Shown one piece after another: positions 50,930 through 63,953 of a DNA stretch of 64,000 nt (the first letter of the stretch is position 1; every line of letters starts with the position of its first letter). The position numbers were made by a program, and so were the translations under genes. This DNA comes from Chiloscyllium plagiosum (Eukaryota): NCBI RefSeq assembly GCF_004010195.1, contig NC_057718.1, forward strand, positions 7,391,563 to 7,455,562, read 5' to 3'. The notes under the pieces were generated by a model that searched no databases, was not told the origin of the DNA, and worked only from the letters and a program-made list of their open reading frames with translations.

Positions 50930-51570
50930 GTAGGGTTAAAGTTAGTCACGGTTTGGGTTACGGCTAGAGTTAGGGTGAGGGTTATGGTTAGGATTAGGGC
51001 CAGGGTTAGGGTTAGGGTGAGGATTAGAGCTAGGACAAGGGTTAGGGTGAGAGTTATGGCCAGGGTTAGGGTTAGGGCTCGAGCAAATGTAAAGATTAAG
51101 GTTAAGGTCAAGGTTAGGGTTAGGGCTAGGGCAAGGTTAGGATTAGAGTTACGGCCAGGGTTGGGGTTAGGGCTAGAGCATGGATTAGAATTAGGGTTAA
51201 GGTCAAGGTTAGTGTTAGGGCTAAGGCAAAGGCTAGGTTTAAGGTCAGGGGTTAGGGATAAGGTTAGGGCTAGGATTGAGGTTAGAGTTTGGGTTAAGGT
51301 TGGGGTTCGGTTTAGGGTTTGGATCAGGATTTGGGCTAAGGTTAGGTTCAGTGTTAGAGTTACAGGTCATGTTAGGATTAGGGTTAGGGTTAGGGCTGCT
51401 ATAGGGGTTAGGGTTAGGGTTGTGTTTAGGGTTAGGACCAGGGTTAGGGTTAGGGTTAGGGTTAGAGTTAGGTTTGGATTAGGGTTAGGGTTAGGTTTCA
51501 CACCAGAGTTAGGGTTTGGGTTAGGGCTCAGATTGAGTTTAGAGTTAAGACTGGAGTTGGGGTTAGGGTT
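50930..51570 (+). repeat. Degenerate interstitial telomere-like (TTAGGG)n array
   Basis: About 640 bp of GGGTTA and variants, with pure runs (for example 51444-51465); lies inside a CR1 fragment (about 50410-51755). Confidence 0.92.
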
Positions 51571-51757
51571 CGGCACTGCCTGGGAAATGTGGTGAGTGCA
51601 AGTTCAATTAAAGTGTTCACCAGGACATTGAATGGATAGTTTGAATAGAAATAACATACACCGGTTGGGGTGAAGGTAGGAGATAATGTGACTTTAGTTA
51701 ATGATGCTCATTTAAAGAACCGATGTACACATGATGGGCTGAATGGCCTCTATGTAT

Positions 51758-52079
51758 AGATTAGATTAGATTACTTACAGTGTGGAAACAGGCCCTTCGG
51801 CCCAACAAGTCCACACCGACCCGCCGAAGCACACCCACCCAGACCCATTCCCCTACATTTACCCCTTCACCTAACACTATGGGCAAATTAGCATGGCCAA
51901 TTCACCTAACCTGCACATTTTTTGAACTTTGGGAGGAAACCGGAGCACCCGGAGGAAACCCACACAGACACGGGAAGAATGTGTAAACTCCACACAGAGA
52001 GTTGCCTGAGGCGGGAATTGAACCCGGGTCTCTGGCGCTGTGAGGCAGCAGTGCTAACCACTGTGCCGCTGTGCCGCCC
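51758..52079 (-). mobile_element. Young HE1-type SINE
   Basis: Complete, with (agatt)n tail. Confidence 0.92.
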
Positions 52080-53027
52080 ATATACTGCGACATGTCTGTG
52101 ATTCTGGATGTGCTAATGACATAAATGATGATGATTCAAAATTTCCTTTTTTCAATAAATTCCTCTCACAACTTTTCTGAAAACGAAGCTGCCTCTGAGA
52201 GTGGGACTCAGATTTGACAGGGGAAGTTTACACCACGTAATTGCCAAAAGAAATCACAATCTCTTCCAGCTGCTGTGACATCAGTGTAGTGGTCAAGTGT
52301 CAGCCTGAGCTGTTTGAACTGTCACATCCCTTGCAATGATCAAATGTATTTACCCACACAGCAAGTGGCTGCACTTGGGAATCCACTTCATCACAATTAC
52401 TATGACACCAGATCAAAATATTGACAGTACACCTGGTGAGCGTGTCACTTCCATATTTTGCAATAACAGCAGTGCACTTCTCATGGTGTACACAGACAGT
52501 ATATTCTGTTAAAAATGCTTGCAGGTTATCTTCCAGTGTTCCCGACTGACACTTTCTTCCAATGCCCCTTGCGTATGCATTTTTTTCAATGTGAATAGAA
52601 AGTGTTGAAAATCTACAGTGAAGACAGCAAGGGCAAGAAATGCACAGCATGTTTTTTCTTAAATATTTGGTCAGACACAATGTTGGACAATGTCCTGCAA
52701 CTGCTGTGCGGTTTACCTTTAAAAGAATTTGAGTTATCATCTCTCCATCATGGCATGCGGTCAAATGGTGTAAAGCTTTCAGTCTCCATCTTGCTGAGCT
52801 CTGTTCTCTTGCAACATGACACTGTAAGGGAAGCTTGCTACACTACCCTCTGAGTTGCTTTGCTTGAGCCCAGTCACACAAGTGCCTCTGGTTGTACATA
52901 CCACATAAATACCAGAGATTTCATAAAAGTTCATTGAATTCTTCAGTTCTACATGACCCCATGTCTTAACCTTTACATTACAGGAGCTAATATAGGTATC
53001 ACATCTTGGTAGTTGCCTATCATCAAA

Positions 53028-53370
53028 ACATCATGGCTGATCATGCAATCTCAGTATCCCATTCCCGCTTTCTCTCCATACCCCTTGATCCCTTTAGCCA
53101 TGAGGGCCACATCCAACTTCCTCTTGAATGTATCTAACGACCTGGCCCCAACAGCTTCCTGTGGGAGAGAATTCCACAGGTTCACCATTCTCTGAGTGAA
53201 GACATTCTTCCTCATCTCAGTCCTGAATGGCCTACCCCTTATTCTTAGACTGTGACCCGTAGTTCTGGACTTCCCCAACATGAGGAACATTCTTCTTGGA
53301 TCTAGCCTGTCCAATCCCATTGGGATTTTATAGGTTTAGGCGAGGTCCCCCCACATTCTTCTAAATTCCA
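53028..53370 (-). mobile_element. CR1 3' fragment
   Basis: FRTEMRKNVFTQRMVNLWNSLPQEAV. Confidence 0.88.
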
Positions 53371-53751
53371 TGGTGGATGCAGCAGTGACTGCTCATAAGA
53401 GAATTCTCGTGGAAGATTAGGCAGCCCCTGCTCGTAAAACATTCAGCAACCAGTTGCAAAAGGTGTATAAGAGGTCATATCTCCAACTTAATTATCCAGG
53501 AGGCAGATTTGCTTCCTCCCTCCTTAAAGTTCAAGAACTATCAAGTTAAAGGTTATCTTCTGTTTTACAAAAACTGAAAAAAGAAAACTTCATCTCACTT
53601 CCCATTTTACAGGAAACTCTGAACGTAGGGTAAGGGGTGAAGGAAGAGATGTAGGACTGCAAGACCTTCCTTCCTGGTCTCTCTTTCTGAGGAAGGATGC
53701 TTTTGCTCTTGAGGGAGCATAGTGAAGGTTTTCCAGGCTGATTCCGGGGAT

Positions 53752-54210
53752 GGTGAGACTGACCTATGAGGAGAGATTGACCAGGGTAGGATTGTTTTCA
53801 TTGGAGTTCAGACGAGTGAGGTGGTGGGGGTGGATCTCATAGGACCCATAAAATTCTAACAGGGCGGGACAAGGTAAATGCAAGGAGGATGTTTCCAATG
53901 GTGGGTGCATCAAAATGTGCATCATTACATTCTGAGGGTTTGGAGTGGACCATTGAGGACAGAGATGAGGAGATATCTCCAAAGAGTGGGGTGCCTGTGA
54001 AATTCATTACCACAGGAAGTAGTTGATGCCAAAACATTGAATGTATTCGAGAGGCGGCTAGATATAGCACTTGGGGGTGAAAGGGATCAAAGTTTCTGGG
54101 GAGAAAGCAGGATTAGGCTATTGAGTTGGACGATCAGCCATGGTTGTAATGAATGGCGGAGCAGACTCGAAGGGCTGAATGGTCTCCTCCTGCTCCTATC
54201 TTCTATGTTT
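53752..54210 (+). mobile_element. CR1 3' fragment
   Basis: GLTYEERL remnant and tail. Confidence 0.82.
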
Positions 54211-54211
54211 C

Positions 54212-54690
54212 AAGGAGGTGAGTCAGACATGGCTGAAGACTCTGTCTATCACAGTGAGGGGGTTTCTCAATCGAGGATCAGATTGATATTGGAGGTAGTC
54301 TGGTGGATGAAGGCATCATCAGAACAGATGCAAAGGAGAGGGAGACACTGGGAAACTGGAATGGAACAAACATAGGAACTGTCGGAGAAATTCAGCAGGT
54401 CTGGCAGCATCTGTGGAGAGGGAGAGAGAGACACACTTAATGTTTGTAGTCTGACAGGACTCTTCTTCAGAACTAGAATGGTATCTTTGCAGGAAGCAGG
54501 GAGTGAGGAGGCGCAGTTAAGGAAACTGTGAAAATGGCTTGGCTACTCATGGACATTGGTAGCCTATCCTCAGAAAGGGAAACAGTGATGCCAAGGAAGG
54601 GAAGCCAATAGTCAGAGCTTGACCAGGTGAAGGTGAGAGAACGATGGTATTTAGAAGCAAAACTGATTAATTTTTCCAATTCTAGATGAA
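54212..54690 (-). mobile_element. Old PLE RT fragment interrupted by a PLE end
   Basis: LISFASKYHRSLTFTWSSSDYWLPFL is homologous to LINFTNTFHPDLKFTWTISDTSLPFL of the PLE at 62508. Confidence 0.78.
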
Positions 54691-54908
54691 AGTGTCATGC
54701 AGACCTCCTTTCTGGTGTTCTCCAGAGATATAAACACCACAGTAATGTTCCTTTTCTTCACGAACCTCTCCAGATGGATATTTGATCACCAGATCGGTAC
54801 GACATGTCAAAACTCCAAAATATGATAGCAAAGCTTGAATTATTTACCTTGTTAACTTACTGCTCAGTGAAGAGCTCAGTCACAGCAACGGCATCGGTGG
54901 CAGTGAGT

Positions 54909-55524
54909 ATGCCCAGCACTATGGGCTCTAGTGGGCCCAGTAGTATGGACTTGAGTAGACCCAGCAGCACAGACTCAAGTAGGCTCAGCAGCATGGACTC
55001 GAGTGGACCCAGCAGCAAATACTTGAGTGAGCCCGGCAGTATAGACTCAAGTAGACCCAGCAGTGTAGATTCAAGTAGGCCCAGCTGTATGGACCAGAGT
55101 AGGCCCAGCAGCAAATACTTGTGTAGGCCCAGCAGTTTAGTCTCAAGTAGGACCAGCAACATGGACCCTAGTGGGCCCAGCAGCACGTACTCAAGTGGGC
55201 TCAGCAGTAGACACTCAAATAGGCCCAGCAGTATAGACTCAAGTAGGTCCAGCAGCATGGACTCGAGTGGGCACAGCAGCAAATACTTGAGTGGGCCCAG
55301 CAGTATGGACCAGAGAAGGCTCAGCAGTATGGACTCAAGTAGGCCCAACAGCACATACTCAAGTGGGCCCAACCGCACATACTCAAGTGGGCCCAGCAGT
55401 AGAGAGTCAAAAAGGCCCAGCAGTAGACTCAAGTAGGCCCAGCAGCATGGACCCAAGTAGGCCTAGCAGCATGGACTCGAGTTGGCCAAGCAGCATGGAC
55501 TCGAGTAGGCCCAGCAGCATGGAT
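54909..55524. repeat. 24-bp minisatellite, about 25 units
   Basis: Consensus approximately GACTCAAGTAGGCCCAGCAGCATG. Confidence 0.93.
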
Positions 55525-56931
55525 ACGTGGCGGTGGCATCAGAAGTGGGTTTGGGCCCAGTATAACACCCTGTGGCATCATCAGTGGCTGCAGAAGGCAA
55601 GGTGGGCCTGAAGCACACTCTTGGCAGTGGCAGAGTCGAGTTTGGGCCATTTCAAAACTCAGCAGCATCAGTGGTGTCTGCATTGGTGAGGTCCAGTGAG
55701 GACTCAGTGGGGGGGGGGGGAGGTGTCAGTGGAGATGATATGGCACTGACGGGTGACACCTTTCATTCCAGTGACAGTGACATCGCAAAGGGGACTCCTG
55801 GCTGGTCACCAGGTCCATGGCCTAGTGATGGAGCACTTAACAAGAAAGCTCCAAGAGTTGTTGACCAGGTAAAGGGTGCGGAGTGTATCCCCTCCTTTAT
55901 AACATCCCTCTTCATTACAAGTGACACTTGTATTTCATTCCAGCTTTGGTCTACTACACCTGAATGAAATGGTGTTAAGCAGATCAGTCATAAAAATAAG
56001 TTAATTTCAAAGTTTTCTTGAATGGAAGAGAGAGGGATTTAAATTCTTATTACTTTCCAAAAATATTAAAACAACACCAAACACCTGCAAGCAAACCCAG
56101 GCAATAAGCTTACAAAGAAGTGGGGTGCCTATTACAGACAGGAAGTTAAAAGCAATTGTAGTTTGCATTTCTAAAGAGTCCCTAAGGGTTTAGATTATAA
56201 ATTAGTATCCTAACTGTATAACAGTTATTTTGCTTCTTCATCAATGATAAATATAGGTTTAATCTACAACCTTCTTGTGGAGGCACCCGTAGATAGCAGA
56301 GTTCATAATATAATTGAATTTCACATTCAATTTGAGGGAGAGATGTTTGGGTCCAAGACTAGTATTTTAAAATTAAATAAGGGCAATTATGGAGGCATGA
56401 ATACAAAGCTGGCTAATGTGAATTAACAATTTGGTTAAAGGATAAGTTAATAGAGATACCTGTGGGAGACATTGAAGGGGATACTTCAGACTACAAAGAA
56501 TAGAAACATTCAAATGGATAATAATTATTCCTAGATGAAGTTACAGCCTTTGGTTAGCTAGAAATATTTCAAACTTAAAGCAACAGCATACAATTGTGCA
56601 AAGGTAGATGGCCGAAGATTGATTAGTATACAAAGAAAAAGACTGAAAATTAATGAGGGAAAAATTAGAGTATGTGAGAAAGTTAGTCAGAAATATAAGA
56701 ATAGATAATAAGAGTTTCTATGCTTACTGAAAAGAAAAGGCAAACTGGACATTGACCCTATGGAAAGTGAGACTTCAGAACTGATCGTGCAAAATAAAAG
56801 GAGGCAAATAAAAGGAAGCATATTCTTCATTTTTGATAATGGAGGATGCAAGTAACATCCCAAAAGTAGTGATTCATTCAGAAATGGAAGGAAGGGAGAA
56901 ACAGAAGAAAAATAGATTCAGAGAAGTGGCC

Positions 56932-57682
56932 AAGCAGAGGCTGATAGCCAAGTTTGGTACCCAGAGGGATGGCTTCAGTTGGGACCTTGGGTTCATGTCA
57001 CACTACAGGTGACCCCACTACACTATACACTCTCTCTCTCTCTCTCTCACAGTCACACACAAACACACATACACGCACACACCGACAGACCCGACAGAGA
57101 TCATACACAAGATCTCTCTCATACACTCACACATATACACCCACACATGCACCCTCTCGCAGACTTATACTCCTTTACACTCACACTCACACGTATACAT
57201 AGACACTCATACCCCTCCCCCCCCCTCCCCCACACACACACACACACATATGTGTATGTTTGTGGGGTGAATTTGTATTTGCAGAATTATATTTTATTTT
57301 GCTCAAAAACTGCATGAATCCATGTAAGAAAATGTAAATCCCTTTTTTAGAAATAGAATCAGTTTGAACATTGGGGCACAGACAGCCTCACACAGGGCAC
57401 CTCACACCTTCAATGCATTATCTAAGCCAACATGGCACCTATTGTTAAAGTTCACTTGAGAATGTTACTTTAAAACAAATTTCTGGGATTTACATATGAA
57501 AGAACTGAAACCACCATGGTCATTCTAAAAGATGAGAGACTTAACAAACAATCCAGGTCTTTTTCAATACATTGCATCACGCTGTAAACTTTTGCTATAA
57601 ATTCTGCATCTTACAATCTTATGCTCCACAACCACCTGATGAAGGAGCAGCGCCCCGAAAGCTAGTGCCTCCAAATAAACTG
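56932..57682 (+). mobile_element. PLE 3' portion (family B): endonuclease C-terminus, CA-rich 3' region, hammerhead at 57633-57667
   Basis: QRLIAKFGTQRDGFSWDLGFMSHYR*; cac-CTGATGA-aggagcagcgcccc-GAAAGCTA-gtg, the same end as the 791 and 60781 palindromes. Confidence 0.75.
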
Positions 57683-57707
57683 GCTCCTCTACATCAGAGA
57701 AGTGGGA

Positions 57708-57954
57708 CTGCAACTTTTTCACACAGAGGGTGGTACGTGTATGGAATGAGCTGCCAGAGGATGTGGTGGAGGCTGGTACAATTGCAACATTTAAGAGGCA
57801 TTTGGATGGGTATATGAATAGGAAGGGTTTGGAGGTATATGGACCGGGTGCTGGCAGGTGGGACTAGTTTGGGTTGGGATATCTGGTCAGCATGGAGGGG
57901 TTGGACCGATGGGTCTGTTTCCATGCTGTACATCTCTATGACTCTATGACTCTA
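57708..57954 (+). mobile_element. Young CR1 (HER1-like) 3' end
   Basis: Near-identical to 3780-4020. Confidence 0.92.
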
Positions 57955-58835
57955 AGTGCAGACTATAGATGCTTGGTTCCTGGTGGACTTCACCCTGGGG
58001 TCTTAAAAGACTCAACTAGTGAGATTGTCAATAAATTAGTTTTAAATTTCCAAAATTCCCTTGAATGACTTCTTTAGATTGGAAGACTATGAATGCAACT
58101 TCTTTATTCAAAAGGCAGAGTTTGACAGGAAACAGGTAAGTATAGGTTAGTTATGTTGACATCTGTTATAAGGAAAATGTTAGAAGCTATTGACAAAGAA
58201 GTTGTAGAAAAGTTTTAAACCTTAGATAAGTTCAAGGTAATCAGACAAGGTAAATATGGTTTTATAAAAGGGAAATAATGCTTAACCAACTAATGAAGTA
58301 CTTGAGGGAACAGCATGTGCTGTGGATAAAGGAGCACAGGTAGATGTACTGTACTTAAGAGTTTCAAAAGGCATATGATGAATTGCCACATCAAAGATTA
58401 TTGTGGAAAGTAAACGTTTATGGGGTAGAGAGTAGCACATTTACATGGATAGAAAATTGGCTGGCAAGCAGGAAACAAAGAATAGGCATAAATGAATGCT
58501 TTTCAGGATGGCAAAATTAATGATTAGTGTGCCTCAAGACTCAGTAATTATACCTCAAATATCTACAAATTAAATAAATGATTTGAATAAAGTGATGGAA
58601 GAGGGCACAAAGATAGGTGAGAAAGTGAATTGTGGAGAGGACAGAAGGAGCCTACGAAGGGATAAAGACAGGTTAAGTGAATGGACAAAGATTTGGTAAA
58701 TGGAATATAATGTGTAAAAATGTGAAATTGCCCACTTTGGCAGGAGGTATTTAAAAAAACAGTCAAAACAATGAGAGATTGCAGAGCTTTAAGAGTACAG
58801 AGGGATCTGGGTGTTTTGTTGCAAGAATCACAGAG

Positions 58836-59066
58836 TGTAAGTGAAATAACTCCAGAGAGGCCAGTATCTGTCATCAAGGCACCCACATGAACAGTCCTTG
58901 ACTTTAGTACTGCCTCTTTAGAGTCAGCTACCAGGGTGTCAGCATCTCAGACATTCACCTTTTTATCTGTCAGCCAGGGCTCCCTGATTGGACTAGCATA
59001 ACAGCCTCAATCAAGGAACCCATGTTTCTATGAGTCCAGCTGGCTGACCATTTTTCAATCCTGACA
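58836..59066 (-). mobile_element. Solo-LTR-like element (TG...CA) inserted in an old CR1 (about 56240-59660)
   Basis: Begins TGTAAG and ends TGACA; CR1 sequence resumes on both sides. Confidence 0.6.
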
Positions 59067-60780
59067 GTTAGTATGCAGGTACAGCAAGTAATTGGGAAAT
59101 TTAATGGCATGTTACTGTTTAATTTGAGGGGTATTGGGTTCAAAAGAAAAGAGGTAGTGCTTCAGTTGTACTAGATGCTGGTGAGATCACATCTGGAGTG
59201 CTGTGTTTAGTGTTGATCACTTGATTTAAGATGTGAGTACGCTGGAAGCAGTTCAGGGAAGGTTTATCAGACTGATATCAAGGATCGGAGAGTTATCAGA
59301 GCAGGTGAAGATGGACAGGCTCTGTATCTGCTTGTATCCACTGGATTTTGGAAGAGTATGAGGTGATTTGCTTAAAACATAATATCCAGAGACCCCTCAA
59401 AAAGGAGGATGTGGAAAGGGTCTCTGGTGGGAGATATTAGAGTTGGGAGTCACTGCTTAAAAATAAAACTGAGATGAGGAAGACTGTTTTCTCACAGAGT
59501 CCTCGAAAGGGAAGCAGAGTTTTTGACTATTTTTAGAGCAGAGGTGAATAGATTCTTGGTTAGCAAGGGCTGAAAGGTCATCAGGGCTAGGTGGAAATGT
59601 GATGTAATCTGATCAGCTAAGAGCTTATTGAATGACATAGTCATCTTGAGGGAGCTTACTATTTTCAATGTTTGAATGCTTGCTGTGGGAGCTTACTGTG
59701 CACAAATTATTTGCTCATTTCCTGAAATTGCAACAAAAAAAACTTCACCTCAAAAACTACTATGAAGCACTTTGAGTATCGTCAAGGTTACAAAAGGTAA
59801 CAGAAATCCTTTCCTTTTAAACGATCAAGTGCATAACTGGTCACTATCCACTTCTTGGAAAGATTCATAATTGCTTTAACAACAGAAGATTTTTGAAGCA
59901 AAGAATTATTTTTTGCACGATTCACAATTGCGACCTTAAATATTTCCAGCACTGTTTGCTTGTAGCTGTTGAAGTATTTCTTAGCCCTATCTTGCAAAGT
60001 GGCTGTCACCTCTCTCAGACATTGTCTGTATTTCCCTAGCTGTGCATATTTCTCCAACTGTTACTGTCTCACTGTCTTTGAACCTCTCCCTTTTCCTGTA
60101 ACCATGCGAGTTCCTTACTGTGTGTTTGTTGGTCTGTACCAGTCTCTCTTGAGAATATCCATTTCAACACCTGTTGTGAGCTGTCATATTTCACAGTTTC
60201 ACTCACTATCTGCTTTTGCAGTCTCATATTTCTCCTCCCAAGTGTCTCTGCCGCCTCCTCAAACACACACACATAACACACACAGTCTAAATTTGTAGAG
60301 CTCCATTCAGTTTAATTTGCTGACTTCACTGACCCCAAGTGAATACTCTAATATTTTTTATGTACAGTCCCATGATCAGTAAGCTCCTCATTTAATATAA
60401 CCTTCTCATAAATGATCCCACGTCATATGCCATTGGTGCAAATGTTTGGGTGGATGTGCGTTGGTGAAAAGCGAAAAACATTCACATGCTGCATTTACTT
60501 TTCCCTCTTGGTCCAGCCTTTCTTCCCTCATCTAAATTCTCAAGTTACATCTCTGACAAAACAATCAACTGGTCCCGACAGAAAATATGATGTTTAGTCT
60601 CAAAATGCTTTCTGCTGCTGGTTCTATTCTAGCGGTCACATCCGACGTCAGTTCCACTGACAGCATTTTTTATCCAGAAGGTTCGGCTGAAAATAATTGG
60701 GAGGATGAGGTGCAGAGGGGAATGTTGTAATGTTCCATAGAGAAAGGACAGAAATAGCAAGGCTGCCTATCTGCCTCCTG

Positions 60781-61001
60781 ATTTGGAGATGCCAGTGTTG
60801 GACTGGGGTGTACAAAGCTAAAAATCACACAACACCAGGTTATAGTCCAACAGGTTTAATTGGAAGCACACTAGCTTTCGGAGCGACGCTCCTTCATCAA
60901 TTGTGTCCTCCACAATCACCTGATGAAGGAGCACCGAAAGCTAGTGTGCTTCCAATTAAACCTGCTGGACTATAACCTGGTGTTGTGTGATTTTTAGCTT
61001 T
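60781..61001. mobile_element. PLE-end palindrome (family B)
   Basis: About 85-bp arms; TSD ATC(T/A)GCCTCCTG at 60769-60780 and 61002-61013. Confidence 0.9.
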
Positions 61002-62339
61002 ATCAGCCTCCTGGCTTTTCCAACTCGATCCAGCCACATCTCCAAAACTTGCAATTTTTCACCCACCTCATATGCCTCCATCTCTACTCTCTTCCAATTC
61101 AGACTTCTGGGATGGTTCCTATTTTGGTCAAATCACCTAAACTCTGGGATTCCCTCCCAATAAAACTTTCCATCTCTTTACTTCTCTACTAGACACTTCT
61201 TAAGACCTGCCACTTTGACAATGCTTTTCTAACCATGTCAGATTTGGCTTCACAACTTTTCAGCACAGTGCGTTGTTTTACTATTTTAAAGCAGTTATAT
61301 AACACAAGTTCTTGTTGTTTCCTCTTGTCCCAGCTGTTAGCACTCTTGCCTCAGAACAAGATGGATTTGAATTCCAAAGTAGGAACTGCAGGTGAAAGAG
61401 AGGAACAGATCTTTGAGCCTTATCCATTCTTCAGTTAGATCATGGCCTCTCTGCATCTGAACGTCTTCAGCGCATTTTGGTTCCACACTATTGCCAGATA
61501 TCGATCAGGCTCAAGACTAGACAATCTAAGCCCCACTCCTTTAGATTCAATGATTGTGCCATCACTGAATCCCCTACTATCACCATTCACGGGGTTACTA
61601 CTGACCAGGAACTGCACTGGTCCAGCCAGACAGATACTGTACCTTCAAGGACAGGACAGAAGTCAGGAATCCTGCAGTGAGTAACTTACCTCCTGACACC
61701 CCAAAGCTTGTTCACCATCTACAACATTTTCCCCTCATGGGGGCATTTATGACCAGAAGGCACGGTCTCAGAATAAAGGGCTGCCAATTTAAGACTGAGA
61801 TGAGGAGGAATTTCTTCTGTCAGAGGGTTGAGAGACTTTGGAACTCTTTGCCGCAGAGAGCTGTGGGGACAGAGCCCTTGTGTATATTTAAGGCTGAGGT
61901 AGATTGATTCTTGATCTGTCGGGGAATGCAAGATAATTGGGAAAAGGCAGGAAAGTGGACGTGAGGGATGTCAGAACTGATCCGCCTCTTTGGGAAGCTT
62001 TCCCTTAATCCTTAGCCCTTCCCCATCAGAGGAAGTCATTGATCTGTCCTATCGAATCTTTTGCTGATCTTAAAAACCTGAGTTCACGGAGATTGAGTGC
62101 TTGTTGATAGCAGTGGAGACATTCCAAACAGGAAGTTACATTTGTGCTGCCTCAGATGTTCAATTCCGCCCAACAGAGAGACAACTATCCATGTCTCTGC
62201 TGACAGACTGTAATATGTATTAATTTCCCACTTGTATATGAATGAAGCTGTGGAGTTTCTCCTCTGTTTCTGCAACCACTTATATTTGCACTATTGTATA
62301 TAACACAGGACTTTGTCAGTACATCTCGCACTAGGATAA

Positions 62340-63953
62340 ACTATTCTCTCAGCATGCTCCTGCCCCACTGAACTCATCTCTACCTACCTCGACACCCTCC
62401 TATCCCCCCTAGTCCAGGAACTCCCCACATACATTCGAGACACCACCCACACCCTCCACCTTCTCCAAGACTTCCGTTTCCCCGGCCCCCAATGCCTCAT
62501 CTTCACCATGGATATCCAATCCCTCTCCACCTCTATCCGCCATGACCAGGGCCTCCAAGCCCTCCGTTTTATCCTCTCCCGACGTTCCCAACAGTACCCT
62601 TCCACAAACACTCTCGTTTGTTTGGCCAAACTGGTCCTCACCCTTAACAATTTCTCCTTCGAATCCTCCCACTTCCTCCAGACCAAAGGGGTAGCCATGG
62701 GCACATGTATGGGCCCCAGCTATGCCTGTCTCTTTGTTGGCTACGTAGAGCAGTTGATCTTCCGTAATTACACCGGCGTCACTCCCCACCTCTTCCTCCG
62801 CTACATTGATGACTGCATTGGTGCCACGTTGTGCTCCCGCGAGGAGGTTGAGCAACTCATCAACTTCACCAACACATTCCACCCTGACCTTAAATTTACC
62901 TGGACCATCTCTGACACCTCCCTCCCCTTCCTGGACCTTTCCATCTCCATTAATGACGACCGACTTGACACTGACATTTCCTACAAACCCACCGACTCCC
63001 ACAGCTACCTGGATTACACCTCTTCCCACCCTACCTCTTGCAAAAATGCCATCCCGTATCCCCAATTCCTCCGCCTCCGCCGTATCAACTCCCAGGAGGA
63101 GCGGTTCCACCATAAAACACACCAGATGGCCTCCTTCTTTACAGACCGCAATTTCCCTTCCCACGTGGTTAAAGATGCCCCCCAACGCATCTCNNNNNNN
63201 NNNNNNNNNNNNNNNNNNNNNNNNNNNNNNNNNNNNNNNNNNNNNNNNNNNNNNNNNNNNNNNNNNNNNNNNNNNNNNNNNNNNNNNNNNNNNNNNNNNN
63301 NNNNNNNNNNNNNNNNNNNNNNNNNNNNNNNNNNNNNNNNNNNNNNNNNNNNNNNNNNNNNNNNNNNNNNNNNNNNNNNNNNNNNNNNNNNNNNNNNNNN
63401 NNNNNNNNNNNNNNNNNNNNNNNNNNNNNNNNNNNNNNNNNNNNNNNNNNNNNNNNNNNNNNNNNNNNNNNNNNNNNNNNNNNNNNNNNNNNNNNNNNNN
63501 NNNNNNNNNNNNNNNNNNNNNNNNNNNNNNNNNNNNNNNNNNNNNNNNNNNNNNNNNNNNNNNNNNNNNNNNNNNNNNNNNNNNNNNNNNNNNNNNNNNN
63601 NNNNNNNNNNNNNNNNNNNNNNNNNNNNNNNNNNNNNNNNNNNNNNNNNNNNNNNNNNNNNNNNNNNNNNNNNNNNNNNNNNNNNNNNNNNNNNNNNNNN
63701 NNNNNNNNNNNNNNNNNNNNNNNNNNNNNNNNNNNNNNNNNNNNNNNNNNNNNNNNNNNNNNNNNNNNNNNNNNNCCCACCCTCCTCTAGCTTATCTCTC
63801 CACGCTTCAGACTCTCTGCCTTTATTCCTGATGAAGGGCTTTTCCCGAAACGTCGATTTTACTGCTCCTTAGATGCTGCCTGAACTGCTGTGCTCTTGCA
63901 GCACCACTAATCCAAATTCAGGTTTCCAGCATCTGCAGTCATTGTTTTTACCT
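62340..63953 (+). mobile_element. Penelope-like retroelement: RT ORF, gap, and 3' terminus with hammerhead at 63825-63857
   Basis: PLE RT motifs MDIQSL, QTKGVAMG...PSYACLF, RYIDD, LPFLDL, YKPTDSHSYL, IPY.QFLRLRRI; CTGATGA-a-GGG(ctttt)CCC-GAAACGTC. Confidence 0.93.
63194..63775. other. Assembly gap
   Basis: N run. Confidence 1.

Noticed and set aside
50485..51595. VR/GL and TL/PN dipeptide ORFs of about 200 aa
   Set aside because: These are automatic translations of TTAGGG repeats, with no independent sign of coding.
62409..63185. 258-aa minus-strand ORF
   Set aside because: Antisense shadow of the PLE RT frame.
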